DNA from: Eledone cirrhosa
Lineage: Eukaryota
DNA: 64,000 nt
Direction of reading: 5' to 3'
NCBI GenBank assembly: GCA_964016885.1
Contig: OZ024757.1
Span: 36,270,001-36,334,000 of the forward strand
Made by a program: the position numbers and the translations under genes. Of the stretch, positions 52,751 to 64,000 are shown in pieces; the first letter of the stretch is position 1, and the number at the start of each line of letters is the position of its first letter. The notes beneath the pieces are model-generated. The model was not told the DNA's origin and ran no database searches. It saw nothing but the letters and a program-made list of their open reading frames with translations.

Positions 52751-53667
52751 TAAATTCATCCACTCGCAGTTAATTACATACTTCTGACAATACTGACTCT
52801 AAGCATCATGTGAGTGCAATAAATGGAGTGTAAAAAATTCATTACAAAAAGTCTATATATATATTATATATATATGGGTACATGCCGAAGCTGAAGCATA
52901 TAGACAATATGCCCCACACCCTCCCACTGCAAAGTGGTCGTGGAGGTGCCACGGCAAAAAAGTACCCAGCCCACACTGTAAACTGGACGTGTAGGTGCCA
53001 CGGAAAAAAGCACCCAGCACTCACTGTAAATGAGCTTGGTGTTAGGAAGGGCATCCAGCTGTAGAAATCAAGCCAGAATCAGTTCCCGTATGAGCAAGAC
53101 AAGGTCAGCCGACCGGACACTGCCCACAACAGGACAACCCGTCTAACCCATGCTAGCGTGGAAGAACGGATTGTAAATATCTCATTTCCTGGACAATCGT
53201 TTCAACTGCAGATATTACTTCTGCAATGTTCAGAAATTTCACAAAATCAACGGATATATACGTAATCTTCAGCTGAATTGCCCACATCATACGATAATTC
53301 CGTGCAGTGTGAGCTAGCCTTCACTACTGGATGCGGTATCCACCAGTTAACGGCAAACCCTCACTCCACCTCTAATTAAAAGAGGAATTTCTCACAAACC
53401 ATAAAACTTTGTTGAAAAACTCAACCGGCTTCTAATATATGTGCATACATTCATAACAAGGTTCATGAATATATACAGATATACCAACAAATAAAATCTG
53501 AATTTCTGATACAAAGTCAAATATTCAATACTCAAAATTTAATTTTAGGAAACATAAACAAGAAATATTGAAAAGTCTAAACTTATACAGGAGATCCAAA
53601 TGAACACAGCTGGGAAGATCGCAGGTATGAATACAGCTTTTCACTCATATATATATATATGTATATA

Positions 53668-55551
53668 CTAGCAGAATGGCCTGGCGTTGCTCGGGATTCT
53701 AAACATAGATTGGCATGTTTATCCCTCCTTTCTGAAACAGTTTTGTCGTATGTTCACCAATTGATGCAGACGTCCTAATAAAAAATGAAGTCGCCTTGGG
53801 TGAATAGGCAAATCATTTTCCATTAAGATTTTTCAAAAGCATGTAATTGCGTTCCCTCTCTTTTTTGTTGTTGTTTTTGCTGCTGTTGGTGTGATAGCAG
53901 CAGTTGGTCGTACTACTAACACAGTCTCGTCCTTCTTCAGCCAATCGTGTATATCCCCTTCTGCCTCATCAGCAATGAGAACAATATTTGCTCTAGGGTT
54001 CTTATATATTTGATATATATTTATCCATATCGAGCCTTGTGAAATAAATACGTTTATATTTTGTTATTGTGTATGCAAAAATATCTGTACACGAATATAT
54101 AATTATATATATATATATATATTAAAATAACAGATTAAAGTTTAAGCGAAGAATCGCTGCTTTCACCATTAATGGGATCTTCTGAAACTAAAAAAATCAA
54201 TCTGTGAACGCAGAAGTAAATATTTCGGAAAACGTTACCAACTATCATCATCATCTTCGTTTAACGTCCATTTTCCATGCTAGCATGGGTTAGACGGGAG
54301 TTGTCCCACTTGAGGCAAGGTTGGTTGGGTGACCATGTCTCGCTCATATAGGACTATCTGGCAGGTTTTCTACGGCTGGATGCCCTACCTAACACCAACC
54401 ACATTTACAGTGTGGAACTGGGAACTTTTTACCGTGTTACCTACACGGCCACATTACAGCATGGACTGTGTTTTTTTCTCGTGACACCTACACGATCTCG
54501 ATCTCATTTATTTGGACTGGATGTTGTGGTACCACCGTTACAGAGAGAGGGTGGTGTTGGTGGGAGTGGGATGATAGGGTAGTGGATTGGGGTGTATATT
54601 TGGTTAAGAGGTGCCTACTGACTAGGTTTCGCTTTGTACATAGGCAAGGCGGGTCTTCTGTATTACTGCGTAGCGCCAAAGATCTTGGTCCAGTGACATT
54701 GTCTTAGAGAGGTGCAAGTGTGTAAGGTCGGAATTTATCAGATCGTCCCAGGTTTTGCTGGGTCTACCTACTTCGTAACTTCCATCAATTTTGATCACCC
54801 TGCACTTTTTTATACAGCTGTCGTCTTTCATGCGCATCACGTGGCCATACCAACGTAGTCTTCTCTCGAGTAAACAGCATCTGATCCCTCTTATTCCTAA
54901 TTTCTCACTTAGTTCATTTATGCTTTGCCGTTCACGTATATTACTATTACACATCCAACGGAGCATGCATGCTTCGTTCCTTTCCACTCTACGCAGGTCC
55001 TCTGCACGCAATGCCCATGTATCACTGCCATGTAGCATTGCTGTTCGTATACAAGCATCATACAATCTGCCTTTCATTTTTAGAGGGAAACCTTTTGTGG
55101 CCAACAGCGGTATAAGCTCTCTCAACTTTTTCCATCCCGTTCTGACTCTGGCTACTGTACTTTCAGAACACCCTCCACCACTGCTGATTTCGTCACCCAG
55201 GTAACGGAAAGTGTCTACTATTTCTATAGAACCATCTGGGCAATAGAAGGGGCTAGTATCCTGTGGACACTTGCTACCTACACACACATGCACAGATAGT
55301 GTCATAATGCCGTAATGCAGACAGCCAGACATACAGACATATTATAAGGGCGTGACCTTATAGCTATGTATCTATCTAAAGAGACAGAGATCGCAAACCA
55401 GCGCCTAATGTGGTCCCTAGGGCATTGAAAACTTGAAATACTTTTTCCTCAAAACACTCACACAACCATAAGTATTACATGTGTAAATTTTGTTGGGTGG
55501 TTCTTGAGTTTTAGGGGGTCAGACAGACATTCTCTGTTTAAAATATATAGA
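53668..55551 (-). mobile_element. non-autonomous Helitron with nested RTE insertion
   Basis: ctagcagaatggcctggcgttgctcggg (3' CTAG plus hairpin on - strand) and acagacattctc...atatataga (5' TC). Confidence 0.5.
54245..55280 (-). mobile_element. 5'-truncated RTE LINE with complete 3'UTR and (CAT)n tail
   Basis: VDTFRYLG...KGRLYDACIRTAMLHGSDTW...[11 protein letters not shown]. Confidence 0.9.
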
Positions 55552-55853
55552 TTACATTTAAAATTATATGTCATGTTTAAGATAATCTTGAACATGTGCC
55601 TTATCTTCCAAGAATAAGCTTAAAGAATAAGTTAAAATATTGATTGACCTACTCCACAACTAGAAACCTGGCACAAAATATATAAAACTTGAACCAGAAT
55701 AAATTAAGAAACGTCCACGACTCCGGGATAAAACAGATTGTAATTATAGAAGTCCCAGTAATTTCCCCCTGGCAGATGCCTTAGCAGTAACTTAGTATAT
55801 GAATGTTGAGTTAGCTACGGCTAACAAATTTAAGGGACGCTGGTACAACCACT

Positions 55854-57097
55854 GCAAGAGATGGAATGAGACATACAGGAAGGTGTGGAAAAGAAAGGTC
55901 TGGAAGTTGAAAGACCTTTCACTAAAATACAAATTTAGGAAAGCCCTTCAAGATGTGTATGACGATTTAGAATCGTATGACATAGATGGTAACTGGAATT
56001 TCTTACGTGACAACTTACTGCAGGCTACTGAAGAAACTTGTGGCTGGAGCAGAGCTCCAACCAGACAGAGAGTGACCTGGTGGTGGAACAGCACGGTAGA
56101 TAGGGCCATTAGAGACAAAAGACTAGCATGGAATGCTTGGAAATATGGTAGGAGTAGAGAAGGATATACAGCCGCTAAGAGAGAAGCTAGACATCAGGTG
56201 TACTTAGCACACAGGGAGGCTGAGAGTAGGAGGTTTGCCAATGTTCTGTGATGGGAAGATCAGAGATGTGCGGTGTTCTGCATTGCAAGGCAGTGTGTCA
56301 GTGAAAATAAGGATGTTGGAGATAAATGTATCTGGAATGATGCCGGTGTACTTAGTTTCACGAATGATCAGAAAAAGGAAGCCTGGAAATGTCATTATGA
56401 GAGACTGATGAATCTGGAGAACGAATGGGAGAGAGAGAAATTACCTCCAGTAGATCTGACAGCGGGACCAGCTATTGAGATTGATGAATATAGCATCCAA
56501 GAGGCGATTAGGAAATGAAAAATGGTAAGGCCGCTGGACCGTCGGGGATAGTTGCTGAGATGCTGAAGGCATCAGGGGACATAGGCATTAAACTGGTTGA
56601 ACGCATCATCAATCCGGCTATATATGGCGGTGTCATACCCAAAGACTGGTGCAGCAGTATTTTCATAAATTGCTACAAAGGTAATGGGGATGCTCTGGAG
56701 AGGAGCAATTATAGGGGCATAAAACTGATGGATCAAGTCATGAAAGTGGCAGATAGGATATTAGCGCAACTAACTAGAGAAAGGGTCAAACTAGATGAGA
56801 TGCAATTTGGTCTTGTGCCTGGGAAAAGTACAACAGATGCCCTCTTCTTAGCGAGACAACTACAAGAGAGGTTTTTAGAGAAGAATATGCCACTATACTT
56901 AGCTTTTGTTGACCTCGAGAAGGCCTTTGATAGAGTACCCCGTTCTGTTATCTGGTGGTCCCTAATGAAATTAGGTGTTGAGGAATGGCTTGTGAGGACA
57001 GTACAAGCTTTGTACAGAGGTGCTGTCAGTAATGTGAGGGTAGGAATGGAGTTTAGTGAGGAATTCCAGATACAAGTTGGAGTACATCAGAGTTCGG
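55854..57097 (+). mobile_element. RTE LINE internal fragment (pre-RT and RT N-terminus), ending at a SINE
   Basis: MKNGKAAGPSGIVAEML...NYRGIKL...FVDLEKAFDRVPR. Confidence 0.9.
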
Positions 57098-57098
57098 T

Positions 57099-57272
57099 GG
57101 ATTGGCAGTGCAGGTAGAGAGTCGGACGCCATGCTTTCCAGCATAGTTACGTCCCTTTACGATCTGAGTTCAAATCCCGCCGAGGTTAACTTTGCCTTTC
57201 ATCCTTATGGGGTCGATAAAATAAAGTACAGTAATGTAGAGATAATTGCTGGCCTTGTGCCAAATGTAGAAA
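57099..57272 (+). mobile_element. same SINE family (older copies near 17370, 30600, 41070, 42258, 60780)
   Basis: A/B boxes plus domain. Confidence 0.8.
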
Positions 57273-58018
57273 ATTATTGTGTAAGTAGTTGAGCATTCCA
57301 CACTAACATTCACCCTGCCCTTGCCTTCATCATTTCTCTCTTTCTTCCTCTCTCTATGTGGTGTCGTGACTAAAAGCACAGTACACACTGTAAGGTGACC
57401 GTTTTGGTGTCAACAAAAAGCACCCAGTACACACTGTAAATGTGGTTGGTGTAGGAAGGTCATCAAGCCAGAAACAGTTCTGTGTGAGCAAGTCATGGCT
57501 TGTCTCGCAGCAAAATAACCATGCTAGCGTGGAAAATGGACGTTAAATGATGATGATGATAGAGAAAGAGAGAGATAGATAGAGAGAGAGAGAGAGAGTG
57601 ATAAATAATGAAGGCATGGGCGGGAACATTGATAAGGAGTGGAAACGGAAAGACAGGTATATATCTATATAAAGTGACAATAAGAATTGCAGCTTTTTGT
57701 AAACTTTATTTAATATTACAATTTGTTTCCATATCGATCAGCTCGGGTTTGATTATTTGATCAGATCTCAGAGTTTACATGGGTGGTCCATAAAAACTGA
57801 TAGATATGGAAATAAATTGTAATATGAAATAAAGTTTACAAAAAGCTGCAAATTCTTATTGTCACTTAATATTGCAGCACAATATAACGATAGACGGACA
57901 CAGTGGCTGCTTCAACCAGCACCGCCAATAGTAAATATTTGTTATCCACTTAGACTCTTTAACTTTGTTTTTTAATTATATATATATATATAATATATAT
58001 ATTATATATATATATATT

Positions 58019-58149
<131 letters not shown>

Positions 58150-59079
58150 AAAGAGAAATAATAAAAGTGTCGAAGGAGTGGGAGGTAAAATAAGAGAGGG
58201 AAAAATCTAGTCACATGACTGAGTGTAGTACCGCACTAATAGTGGAATATCAAGTAATTAGTTTTAAGAAACGGTTCAGATTCACCAAACATCACTATCT
58301 TTCTAGGTATATTATATTGTTTTTACTACTTTGTTCAGTTTCCTCCTTATTCTATCGTCTAGCCATCAAACACTCATGTTAAACATATGTATGTAATATA
58401 CTCACCTACATTTATACAATCATTAATACGCAAACATATATGTCCGCTCACGTACATGCAAGTAACACATACATATACACACACATAAAATATGTGCACA
58501 TAGGCCTCTCACTTTTCATTTTTTTTTTTGAACGCTCCCTAAATTTGTGTGTGTTGTTCTTTCTAAGTGTTCCCTACTTTTTCCTTTCCTTTGCTTTTGC
58601 ATCCCCATCAGGTGTGTTAGCTTAATGGCGAGTTCTTGTGGGAGAGAGAAAGAACTAGGAACTAGGGCGAAATATTTAGAAGAGAGGGAAGAAAAAAAAA
58701 AACATACAAAAAAACCAGGACACACCCAATAGTTTTGTTTCTTAGAATTCTTAACTTTCGTCCCTCTGCTGTTAAGATAACGTTTACAAATATATTTTAT
58801 AATATTTTGGGTAAATTTAACAAAGACATATATGTTTTAGTTTTGAAATCATATATTTGAAAACAAAGCAATTATGTCGCAGTTCTTGTGTAAAAAATTG
58901 CTTTAATTAGTTTAGTTATTTTACAAAATCGGACAAAAATAGCAAGTCTTTATTTTTTTCTTTTGTATGCATTTTCGTTTTTATTTTGTTGGTATAGATT
59001 TAAGTCATCTAATTATAATTTTATTAAATAACGGACGGGTTTCGAACATTTTTTGATCGTTAATCAACATAAAATGTTA

Positions 59080-59167
59080 ATGGAGTGTGAATGCGGGCGC
59101 GCGCATATATGTATGTATATATATATCCAGGGAGTGTAACGCGGAGTTACTGTACGATCGGGTGAGC
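59080..59167 (+). promoter_or_regulatory. candidate promoter or non-coding first exon of the downstream gene
   Basis: local CpG enrichment (gcgggcgcgcgc, cgcgg, cgatcg) ending in donor cgg|gtgagc; a second candidate UTR exon at 59921-60060 (ttttag|...tag|gtgagt). Confidence 0.35.
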
Positions 59168-59199
59168 ATTTGATGTTTAGGTTCACGTCGTCCTTGTAT

Positions 59200-59245
<46 letters not shown>

Positions 59246-60476
59246 AAAATAGAGCAAAATAAAATAATTTTAATCATACTATTAATAGCTCATACGTTTT
59301 ATACAGGCTAAAAACTATATTTTTGCAGAGCATTATACAAAATTATATAATATATATTAAGAACATGCAAATATATATATATATATATATACGCAGACTT
59401 CATTAACATTTTATTTGCTAATAACCAAAAAATGTTATTGGGGAAACCTAATTTTGTTTTTGATAATTCATAAATATATTTTTATAAACCGAGTTTTCTG
59501 AAATAAGAAAATTAGAAAAAAAAAAAATTTAAATATGACATCATGATTGCATGTATTTTCGTAAAAATTCTATAATTATACAAAATCCTAATTAGAATGT
59601 TGGTCTTGTGATTTTTCAAACGGTTTAATGATACAAACTAATTTTTATTTGCCTCTCCACGTTAATTGCAAGGGAGGTAACTCTAAGTGGATCAATGGAA
59701 ATTATTTTTCTGTAAATTTCGGGTAAAATTTGATTTTCTGGTGAATTTTTCGTACTTGAAAAGCCTTACTTAGTAATATGTAAAAAAAATACAATTATAT
59801 AAAAGGGTAAATTTTATAATTTTATTATCGGCTCTGCTGAAATATATTTTCTTCAGAAAATAATTGTGTAAACTTTATATTTGGCCATTTGCGAGTTTAC
59901 GTAACTTTTTGTTGTTTTAGAATTAGGTTTGTCTTTGATCTCTGGGCTTTCTTGAGAAGATATTCCACTTGTGACGATCCCATCTTATTTTCAGACATTT
60001 TATCTATGACTGTATTATTTCACGTTATCCACCCGTTTTCTTAGCTCTTTAAGATTGTAGGTGAGTTATTTGAAGAAGATTAGCTACAGGTTGGGCAAGT
60101 CACGTAGACACTCCTACATTGGTTTCGTTGAAGCTTTTTCGCAGCAAATACTGTGTTTGGTTGTGTGATTGTGTTGGGGGTGGGGATACAATATTTAAAC
60201 ATACGTGGAACACACTCCCTCCCACCTATTCTTTTTATTTTCTTCTGTATTTTATTTCGCACCTATCACGAATCCATTTTATTTTCTGATTAATGTTACG
60301 TAATGCAGCGATGACTAAAATGTAGGTATTGTATATATATATAGATATATATATATATATCTATATATATATTGACATTTATTTAACCAAAATAAACTAC
60401 GTTTCCTTTTTTTTTTCTTATAAAACGGAATTTTGTTGATTTTATAAACGGTGAGGTGAGCCGTTAGAGCGTCGGT

Positions 60477-60689
60477 TTAACCGTTTAGTGTTCAAACCGA
60501 CCAGAATTCTCTACCCTTTTCTGTTGAAACTGGTTGTAACTTGTCAACTGGTCACTCAAACTGATTTTAAGGTATTGTTCTCAAAATAAATACTTTCAAA
60601 ATCTCATAGATTCGATATTATGTGAGATAAAGCATTTACCATGAAAATATAATAGTATATATAGAGTAATGTGATTGCTAAAGGGTTAA
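60477..60689. mobile_element. piggyBac-like MITE, inverted copy of 13040-13265
   Basis: TTAA ends and internal homology. Confidence 0.7.
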
Positions 60690-63370
60690 ATAATTATTTA
60701 TTTAAAAAAAGGCAACACCGCTCCGATAGCAGTGAGTAGGGATGTGGTCCGGGAGCCAGGAATGCACATATGTCTATAATTTTTTCAGTTCCGATTTCAA
60801 ATTCCTCCGCGGTCAACTTTGCCTTTCATCCTTTCGGTGGGGTCAATAAATTACCAGTACAGGGTTTGTGGATTGGCGGAGAGGAGAGCTAATGCTATAT
60901 GTTCCAACTTTGTGCTTTCTGAGTTTAAATAGACTCCACCCCCGGACCGTACAAAAGTGGCATTTTTTTTTGTTTTGTTGCAAGTCTGAATTGTTTTCTG
61001 AGTTACTGAGCAGTAATCAATACTATCGATCTGTAGACACAAATGTAGCTTTCCAGTTTAAGCTCCAAAGAAATGAGAAATTAATCCAAACAGGAAGTGC
61101 CTCATTGAGCCTGTTTGTATACAGGAAGTGCCTCACTGAGTTGCTGTTTTTTAGGGTCACTGTGTAGTAGTAGTAGTTATACGTCTCTATGAATGGATCA
61201 GGAGTACATGGCTCACTGAAGATGTTACTGTTTTTTAGGGTCACTGTGTAGTAGTAGTAGTAGTTATACGTCTCTATGAATGGATCAGGAGTACATGGCT
61301 CACTGAAGATATTGGAATGAAGTTTATAGCTGACATGTACCGTTTTTAATTGTATATAAGTTGAGTCCCCTCCCCTCCTATTTGATGTCTGAGAAATGGG
61401 CATCAATGCAAACACCATTTATAAGCCGAGGCAGCTAATCAACACATTGTTTAGATGGCGTATATAAAGCCCCCCCCCCCCCCCAATTTACCATCAATGT
61501 TGTGTTTTTGTCACATATTCTTCAGCTTATATTTGAATATATACGGTAAGTTTGTTTGTGCCCTCCCAAGATTGTATCTCAGGTTTTTAGGTATTTTAAT
61601 GATAGTCCTCTGTTTTATGAAAAGCAGTGTGAAATAATGCGTAGAAAATCAGGTGAACACCCTTAAAGACGAAAAAAGTAGCCATGTCTGCTATAAGCTT
61701 ACTGCTATCTGAGTGATATGGAGTTGATTCCTCATAACGGCCGATGACAACTTTTTCTGCCTTTAAGGGTCTTCACCCTATTTTATAACATTTCCGCACA
61801 TGGGCACTTTATTCTTTATATTAACTTTATTCCTTCAGCACTTCGTAAAAGTCGGAGAGATGGGCTACGACCACTTGTATTCAGATCCAATACCAATGTC
61901 CTTTAGACTGATTTCAGTCTCTTTTGTTTAGTTTGTTGAATTTTCAAGTTATTTTGAAAATGAAATGGATGAAACCAATCTCTATTGAATTCAACCACCT
62001 ACTGTTGTAAATTCATGCTTCTAACAAATACTTTTCAACTGATGGTGTAAGGGATGCACTGAAAGAATCAGTTCAATTTATGGAGCCAGTTCTTGTGGAT
62101 GGCCATCTCTGTTGAAATTGAGTTGGGAGGTGGTGTGGGGACTTAGGACACCAGATGGTTCCACCACTACAGTCAACACTGTCCTGACAGTAGGGAGGTT
62201 GTCTGGGATCCCAACACCAGATGGTTCCATCACTGTACCCAACACTGTCCTCAGAGTAGTAAATAGGGAGCTGGACTGGGGAACCAGGACACCAGATGTT
62301 TTCACTGCTATAGGTTTGGCAGTAGCCCTTTTGGAAGTGGCCAGTGCTTTGGCAGGTTGGGATTTTCAGTTTGTCAGGCAATTAAATCTGGAGAGAATGT
62401 TGCTGAGGGTCTTACAGTGCAGGACAGGAACATTGTGGTGCCCCCAGGCTTTTAACTTTCCCATTTGTCTAATCCTCTAATCCTGCTTGTTCCAGGAAAA
62501 TTGTGGAGCTATCAGGCTTTTAACTTTCCCCCTAGTCTAATCTTGCTGGTTCCAGTTGTCTTCAGAGTTGCTAAAAAGAAATATTTTTACTTTTTTTTAA
62601 AGCCTTTCACTATAGTCAAAAGAAAGCATTATTTTGGTTTTAGGTTTTTTTACTACAAATGAAACAAATTATTTTTTGTTAAATTATATTTTTATATTTG
62701 ATGCAGGTCTTTTCTTTTTGTTACTTAGCCAGGAGGAAGGGCAGTACCCATCAGCCTGCTGAAGGGTCTCTGTTTGATAAGAGCAAGGAGGAATGTATCC
62801 TCAAACTGGAGACTTGCAAGTGATTGGAGTCTGCTAAAGGGCATCTATGAGCCAAGTGTTGGTGTTGAACTGGACACCAGATTAAGTTTACCATCTTTGC
62901 TCACTCATCTTTAGAAGTAATATTTGTGGTCATCCATATGCCATAGTTAATATCTGGATTATATATTAGGATAGTACATACAGTGTTGGTTGCCCTTGTT
63001 TAAACTAAATTTTACAGTCCATTTTACATTCTTAGCCTTCTCAAAACTATTTTGGAAGGTTTTAAATAGGGCCTGTTTAAAATGGTTGGCTTTGTTTCAT
63101 CCAGCCGTAGAAACCCTGCCAAAATGGAACATGAGCAAGGCATAGTCACCTGACCTGTCAAATCCCAGAATATGACAACCCATCCATGCCAGCATGGAAG
63201 ATGATGATGATGATGATGCTGGTAAGTTGATATGAAAAGGGTTGATTTATGTCTCATAGGAGATCCAAACAATCTGTTAAAGATTGTCGTAGCTTAAGAG
63301 TTCCACTAACTTATTTTATTTTCGAGCAGTGATGTTTGTCTGTCTGTTTGTCAGGTAAGACTGATTGACA

Positions 63371-63511
63371 ATGTATTCCGCACACCACCACAAAATGAAG
63401 AAACATCACAAGAAAGGCAGCAGCAGTAGTAGCAGCAGCAGTAGCAGCTCTGATGAAGAATTCAAGCACCTGCCAAAACATGAGCGCAAAATGCGGAAGA
63501 AAGCGAAAAAA
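63371..63511 (+). CDS. probable first coding exon of a second gene (His/Lys-rich, poly-Ser; unknown product)
   Basis: acaATG; MYSAHHHKMKKHHKKG(S)11DEEFKHLPKHERKMRKKAKK|gtaatt; upstream branch point ccactaac (63303) and acceptors at 63329 and 63354. Confidence 0.6.
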
Positions 63512-63703
63512 GTAATTATCAAATAGACTTAGTACTGAGAATTCCGAATTAATCATAAAACCATAACAATGACTATCATACTATCATACTAATTCCATAT
63601 AAGGAGAAAGAGACACAGAGAGAGAGAGTGAGAGACACTCACTTTGCTGAATCGATTTGTTGTCGTGTGGTAACGCTACCAGTGTTTTGGCTTCAGTATT
63701 GGA

Positions 63704-64000
63704 GGCTCTGGCACCCCCGTGTGGTATGTCAATCTGTGACACACTATAAGGCAGGCTCTGGCACCCCGTGTGGTATGTCAATCTGTGACACACTATAAGG
63801 CAGGCTCTGGCACCCCATGTATGTCAATCTGTGACACACTATAAGGCAGGCTCTGGCACCCCATGTGGTATGTCAATCTGTGACACACTATAAGGCAGGC
63901 TCTGGCACCCCCGTGTGGTATGTCAATCTGTGACACACTATAAGGCAGGCTCTGGCACCCCATGTGGTATGTCAATCTGTGACACACTATAAGGCAGGCT
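63704..64000. repeat. ~49-50-bp minisatellite running off the window
   Basis: unit ggctctggcaccccgtgtggtatgtcaatctgtgacacactataaggca. Confidence 0.95.

Overview
AT-rich, microsatellite-laden metazoan DNA. The repeat repertoire (tRNA-derived Deu/Nin-type and CORE-type SINEs, RTE LINEs with (CAT)n tails, Penelope remnants, Helitrons, mariner) suggests an octopus or other coleoid cephalopod; this is inference. Most of the window is the 3' part of a + strand MAP7/ensconsin-like gene. Nine phase-compatible GT-AG exons between 1517 and 46901 give about 593 aa, include the LAEKRRQARE...ERLARKKRLEMIMKR MAP7 domain and end in ...DVSELI*. A second + strand gene appears to begin at about 59.1-63.5 kb. 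Nearly all long ORFs in the supplied track are microsatellite artefacts. The most interesting observations are: (1) a perfect 165-bp inverted repeat carrying an intact minimal hammerhead ribozyme on each strand, plus degenerate or half-hammerhead fold-back elements; (2) a long intronic hairpin that buries a candidate 45-nt in-frame exon with an A-C mismatch at an Arg codon, a possible ADAR recoding cassette; (3) a last exon readable in two frames (ELI* versus a 343-aa S/T/N-rich tail); (4) splice signals amplified into tandem arrays (5' donor repeats and ACTAAC branch/QKI repeats).
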